Assembly: GCA_011773985.1 (NCBI GenBank)
Contig: WVWN01000003.1
Span: 2,898-59,688 of the forward strand
Direction of reading: 5' to 3'
Length of the DNA: 56,791 nt
From: Candidatus Zixiibacteriota bacterium
Lineage (GTDB): Bacteria > RBG-13-66-14 > B26-G2 > WVWN01
Part shown: piece after piece, positions 52,713 to 56,791 of the stretch
Numbering within the stretch: position 1 is the first letter of the stretch
Layout: each line of letters starts with the position of its first letter
The notes under the pieces: generated by a model
What the model was told of the DNA's origin: nothing
The model's database searches: none
Seen by the model: only the letters and a program-made list of their open reading frames with translations
Made by a program: the position numbers and the translations under genes

Positions 52713-54083
52713 TTACTTCCTTGGGTTTTTGAGCGTGGGCGGCAGCTGCTCGGAGAGCGACCCCATCTCCCTGGCAAGTTCCTGGAGCCGCTCCCGCAAC
52801 TTGAAGGTGCAATCCGTCATCTGCGATTTACCGAGTACGACGTCCTCCGCGAAGGCCCGGCAGGTCGGCGCGCCGCAGGAGCCGCAATCGATGCGGGGCA
52901 GCGAGGCGACGATGGATTCCAGTTTGTTCATCAGGGATATCGTTTCGGATATGTCGGTTCCCAGTTGAAGCGTCGGCCTCGGCCTCAGCGGCGTCTTAAG
53001 GTCGAACGCCCCCCCTTCTATAAGTTCCGTTATCTCTCCGTACGTGAGGTCGGGCGGCCGCCCCTCCTCGATGCCGAACTTTTCGCTGCGGGCCGCGCGC
53101 AGTTCGTCGATGCGGTTTTTCGCGACGAACGGGTCCTCGACCGTCAGCGGCCCGCCGACGCAGCCGCCCGTGCACGCCCGAAGCTCCAGATAATCGTAGC
53201 CGTGGTGGTATTCGTCGCTCTCGACCAGCTCTAATACGCGAACGACGTTGGCGATGCCGTCCACGGCGAGGCGGCGGCCCTTGCCGATCAACGTGTTCTC
53301 TCCCCCCGCGGCTCCCCACCCGAGCGAGAGCCCCGACGCCCGGGCGATGCCCGGCACGACCTCTATTCTCTCGAGGTTACTCATTATCCGGTTGAAGACG
53401 TCGGAGATCGCGATGGCGCCGTCCACGTGCGTATTGCCCGCGGCTTCGGGCTGCTTGACCGCGGTGGCCTTGGCCGAGCAAGGCGTTATGAAGAAGACGC
53501 CTATCTCCTCCGGCGGTATGCCGAGGTGGCGGCTCCGGCTCTCTTTGACCACGCGGGCCGCGGCGTCCATCGGTGCCTCGACGGGGATTATGTGGGCGAG
53601 CAGCGACGGGAAGCGCACCAGGATTAGGCGGACGATGGCCGGGCAAAGCGAGGAGATGACGGGTTTGGGGTGCCTCTCGTCCTTCAGGTAGTTCCGCGTC
53701 GCGAGGGTCACGATTTCGCCGCCTAGCGCCGCTTCGTAAACCTCGTCGAACCCCAGGTAAATAAATCCGGAGAGGACCTTGTCGAGGGGGATGGAAGTCT
53801 TGAATTGGCCCGCGGCCGCGGACGACGGCAAGGCCACCGAGTATTTGAAACGCTTTATGGCCTCGAGCGGGTCCGTCTGGGCGTACTTCGCGTGCGTGGG
53901 GCATATGCTGATGCAGACGCCGCAGTCGATGCAGCGGACCGGGTTGATCTCGGCCTTGCCGCCCCGGACCCTTATGGCCTCCGTCGGGCACTCGCGGACG
54001 CAGTGCGTGCAGGCAATGCACCTCTCCTCCGCCAGCCTGACGGAGTGGTAGTATTCGCCTATCTTTGTGTCTTCGTCGTTCAT
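52713..54083 (-). CDS. [FeFe]-hydrogenase-like Fe-S protein (HfsB-like, putatively sensory/non-catalytic)
   Basis: N-terminal 2x[4Fe-4S]; degenerate H-cluster motifs ISSLCP, ITPCSAK, ELRACTGGCVGG; C-terminal LPRIDCGSCGAPTC domain. Confidence 0.85.
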   Translation of the reverse strand: MNDEDTKIGEYYHSVRLAEERCIACTHCVRECPTEAIRVRGGKAEINPVRCIDCGVCISICPTHAKYAQTDPLEAIKRFKYSVALPSSAAAGQFKTSIPLDKVLSGFIYLGFDEVYEAALGGEIVTLATRNYLKDERHPKPVISSLCPAIVRLILVRFPSLLAHIIPVEAPMDAAARVVKESRSRHLGIPPEEIGVFFITPCSAKATAVKQPEAAGNTHVDGAIAISDVFNRIMSNLERIEVVPGIARASGLSLGWGAAGGENTLIGKGRRLAVDGIANVVRVLELVESDEYHHGYDYLELRACTGGCVGGPLTVEDPFVAKNRIDELRAARSEKFGIEEGRPPDLTYGEITELIEGGAFDLKTPLRPRPTLQLGTDISETISLMNKLESIVASLPRIDCGSCGAPTCRAFAEDVVLGKSQMTDCTFKLRERLQELAREMGSLSEQLPPTLKNPRK

Positions 54084-54143
54084 GGCAAACGCTTGCGACG
54101 CGGTTTGCTTTGGATACGCCGCGTCGCGAATTTTATTTTATAA

Positions 54144-54172
54144 ATTATAAGACGCCTTTCGCGCGAGGGCAA
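54144..54172 (-). promoter_or_regulatory. Promoter TTGCCC-17-TATAAT for the Fe-S/DRTGG/PHP operon
   Basis: Consensus -10, 17-nt spacer. Confidence 0.55.
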
Positions 54173-54221
54173 GGGGTTTCTAGTTTTGGCGAATGGCGGG
54201 AGCTAAGCGTTACGGTAAATT

Positions 54222-54246
54222 AAAAGGCGGCCCGGAGGCCGCCTTC
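54222..54246 (-). terminator. Terminator after hydrogenase large subunit
   Basis: AAGGCGGCC-TCC-GGGCCGCCTTTT on the minus strand. Confidence 0.7.
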
Positions 54247-54265
54247 GCCTTTCGCCCTTTAACGT

Positions 54266-55732
54266 TTAGCAGTTCCGCTTGACGGTGCGACGGAGGGTGC
54301 CGTCGGCGTCGTATATCTCGAGCTCGAGGGGCATCTTGCCGGGGAGGGCGTGCGTCGCGCAGGCCATGCACGGGTCGTACGCGCGGAACGCCATCTCCAC
54401 CATGTTGAGCTTGCCCTCGTCGACGTCGCCGCCCTTGATGACGCCCTTGGCGGCGTTGCGGACGGCGAGGTTGATGCCGGCGTAGTTGTGCGTCGTCGCG
54501 ACGATGAGGTTGACCGCGGTGACGATGCCGTTCTCGTCGGTGTCGTAGTCGTGGATGAGGTGGCCGCGCGCGGCCTCGATGGTCCCGACGCCCCGCGACG
54601 GCTTCTCGGTCGGAATGTTGCGCACGTGCTCGTCGAGGATTTCGTCTTCCTGCATGTACTGGAGCCACAGCTCGGCGCCCTGACACCCCTCAATGATGCG
54701 CGCCCAGTGGTACGCCAGCGACGCGTGCACCGGCTTGCCGCCCAGCGTCTCGTACATCTTCTCGAACTCGGCCTGCGCGAGCGGCGTCTGCATCCCCTCG
54801 GAGGCGTTGAGCCGCCCGAGCGGGCCGCCGCGGTAGATGCCGGACTCCTTGCCCGTAACCCAACCCTGCCAGCCGACGTTCTTCAGGTACGTCACCTTGA
54901 GGTAGGTCCACGGCTCGACGCGCTCCGCGAGGTGCTCGAGGTAGTCGAGGCCTTTGTACTTGGCGAACTCGTCGCCGTCGGGGTCGACGATGCGCGTCCA
55001 GCCGTCGTAGAAGTCGACCTTGTTGGCGTCGTTGACCAGGCCGATGTAATACGTCTGCTGGCCGCCGTATATTTCGGAGAGGACGAGGTCGACGTACTCT
55101 TTATTTTTTAGGACGACGTCCTCGAATATCTGAAAGGTAAATTTGGAGAACTCGACCGCCTCCTCGGCGTGTTTGCGCATCTCGTCGCGCGTCTCGGCGT
55201 CCAGCGGCCGGCTGATGCCGCCGGGGAGGGCGATGATGGGGTGGGTGCGCTTGCCGCCGAAGTACTTGAGTACGTCGATGGACTTGGCGCGCATTTCGAT
55301 GACCTTGGCGCCGACCTCGAGGCCCACCTTGCCGACGACGCCGAGGATGTTGCGTTCGGCCGGGCTCGCGGTAGGCCCGACGACGAAGTCCGGCGCCGCG
55401 AGGTAGTAGAAGTGCAACAGGTGGTCGTAGAAGTAGTACGAGTTGTATATCATCCGCCGGAGTCTCTCGCCGTTGGGCGGCAGCTCGACCTTGTAGACCG
55501 CGTCACATGCCTTCGCGCCTGCGAAGTGGTGGACGAGCGGTCAAACGCCGCAGATGCGCGGCGTAATCCGCGGGAGCTCCTCCACCGGCCGGCCCACGCA
55601 GAACTGCTCGAAGCCGCGCAGCTCCGGAATCTGCAGGTACGCCTCGGCGACGTCGCCGCCGTCGTCCAGGAAGATGGCGATCTTGCCGTGCCCTTCGAGG
55701 CGAGAGATGGGGTCGATCTCGATTTTCTTCAT
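54266..55732 (-). CDS. mvhA: [NiFe(Se)] hydrogenase large subunit, MvhA-type, 488 aa with in-frame UGA (codon 64)
   Basis: ORFs 55541-55732 and 54266-55453 are joined in frame by 29 open codons; SRLEGHG, RICGV(U)PLVHH L1 motif, [10 protein letters not shown]2 motif plus C-terminal extension. Confidence 0.9.
55496..55542 (-). promoter_or_regulatory. Putative bacterial SECIS hairpin
   Basis: Apical stem CTTCGC-AGGC-GCGAAG with the loop starting 20 nt after UGA; lower stems GACCG/CGGTC and CGTC/GACG. Confidence 0.7.
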
Positions 55733-55797
55733 AACCCTTTCTCCGTGATGAGAATTACGAAAACCATCTATGTCGTATAGCGGCGCGTCGCGTGCCG

Positions 55798-56778
55798 CTA
55801 TTCGTCGCCGTCTTTGCGCTCGCCGCGCTGGACGCCGAGCATCGACCTCGCGAGGCCGAAGCGGTAGAAGTAGCCGGCGGGGTCGTCGAGTTTGTCCAAA
55901 ATTTTATCGGCCTCCGCTTGCGTGTCCGCGATGACGATGGAGGCGATGGCGGAGGCGAGCTTCGCGCCCATGTCGTTCACGTTGTCGGTGGGGCCGAAGC
56001 AGCCGCGGCAGGCCTGCCCCGCTACGACGCAAGCTGCCTCGCAGCCGTCCCGCGTTGCCGGCCCGCAACACATTATGCCCTGCTCAAGGAGACACTTCTC
56101 CGGGTCGTTCTCGACGAGGTGGATGCGTTTAAATTCGGTAACCTGCTTCTCCTCCGACCGCTCGCGCGGGCACTCGTCGCACACGGCCTTCGTTCCGGCG
56201 ATGACGGTCCCTTTGGGCGGCAGCTCCCCCTTCGCCACCGCCTCCACCGCGGCTACGATCCACTTCACCTGCGGCGGACACCCCGGGAGGTAGTAATCGA
56301 CGTCGACGACCTGGTCGAGGGCGTACGCACGGTCCATCGCGCGCGGCAGCGTCAGCTCGCCCTCCGGCGCGTCGTATTTGAGTTGCGGCCGAGTCCCGTC
56401 CGGGTTAACGACCGAGGGGACGGTGTCGTACATCCGGTGCGCGAGTTCCTCCGTCGTCCAGAAGTTGCCCAGCGAGGGGATGCCGCCCATCTGGGCGCAG
56501 GCGCCGAAGGACACCAAGACTTGGCTCTTCCGCCGCATCTGCTTGGCGTGGTGGACGTCGTGGTCGTTGCGGACGGCGCCGTTGAAGAAGCCCACGGTGA
56601 TGCCGCCGTCCGGGATGGCCTCCAGGTCCTTATCCTTGAAGTCGAGCGCCGTAGGCCAATAGACGATGTCGGCCAGCTCCGCGACTTTGAGAATTACCTC
56701 GTCGATGTCGACGACGGCTATCTCGCAACCGCCGCAGCTCGCGGAGGGCATGAACGCGAACTTGAATTTCTCAGGCAT
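55798..56778 (-). CDS. mvhG: [NiFe] hydrogenase small subunit, MvhG-type
   Basis: ASCGGCE, FGACA..GG, LPGCPP, VCDEC, CLLEQG..CCGP.TR.GC...C....CRGCFGP. Confidence 0.92.
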   Translation of the reverse strand: MPEKFKFAFMPSASCGGCEIAVVDIDEVILKVAELADIVYWPTALDFKDKDLEAIPDGGITVGFFNGAVRNDHDVHHAKQMRRKSQVLVSFGACAQMGGIPSLGNFWTTEELAHRMYDTVPSVVNPDGTRPQLKYDAPEGELTLPRAMDRAYALDQVVDVDYYLPGCPPQVKWIVAAVEAVAKGELPPKGTVIAGTKAVCDECPRERSEEKQVTEFKRIHLVENDPEKCLLEQGIMCCGPATRDGCEAACVVAGQACRGCFGPTDNVNDMGAKLASAIASIVIADTQAEADKILDKLDDPAGYFYRFGLARSMLGVQRGERKDGDE

Positions 56779-56791
56779 GGACTTCCTCCTT

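Noticed and set aside
55541-55543. Genome-wide UGA reassignment
   Set aside because: TGA terminates other genes normally here (5904-6512, XPB, larB, DRTGG)

Overview
GC-rich bacterial chromosome segment, apparently from an anaerobic diderm (OM beta-barrel gene, tatC, group 3c-type [NiFe] hydrogenase, class V FBPase); the taxon cannot be fixed from sequence alone. Housekeeping blocks (fbp, XPB helicase, larBCE, dusB, queT, folE2, guaA, mnmA, folC, tatC, tRNA-Val, hydrogenase genes) alternate with two accessory islands (1.3-6.6 kb and 20.2-30.6 kb) of secreted proteins. The strongest signal is a shared extreme C-terminal tail, P-x-S-[LVF]-G-[RK]-[VI]-K-[AG]-L-[FY]-[RKED]-stop. It ends 11 intact signal-peptide proteins from at least three families, plus one frameshifted copy and one orphan tail, and looks like a protein-sorting or anchoring signal. 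In the 20-29 kb island these genes form a tandem array: promoter / gutted C25-peptidase-like remnant / propeller gene / NHL gene / GTAG-type REP palindrome overlapping the stop codon. Two GT-C glycosyltransferases (DUF2723/TMEM260-like and DPY19-like) flank the first island. The hydrogenase large subunit has an in-frame UGA plus a SECIS-like hairpin at the N-terminal bridging-Cys position rather than the canonical NiFeSe position. All family assignments come from motifs recognised by eye; no searches were run.
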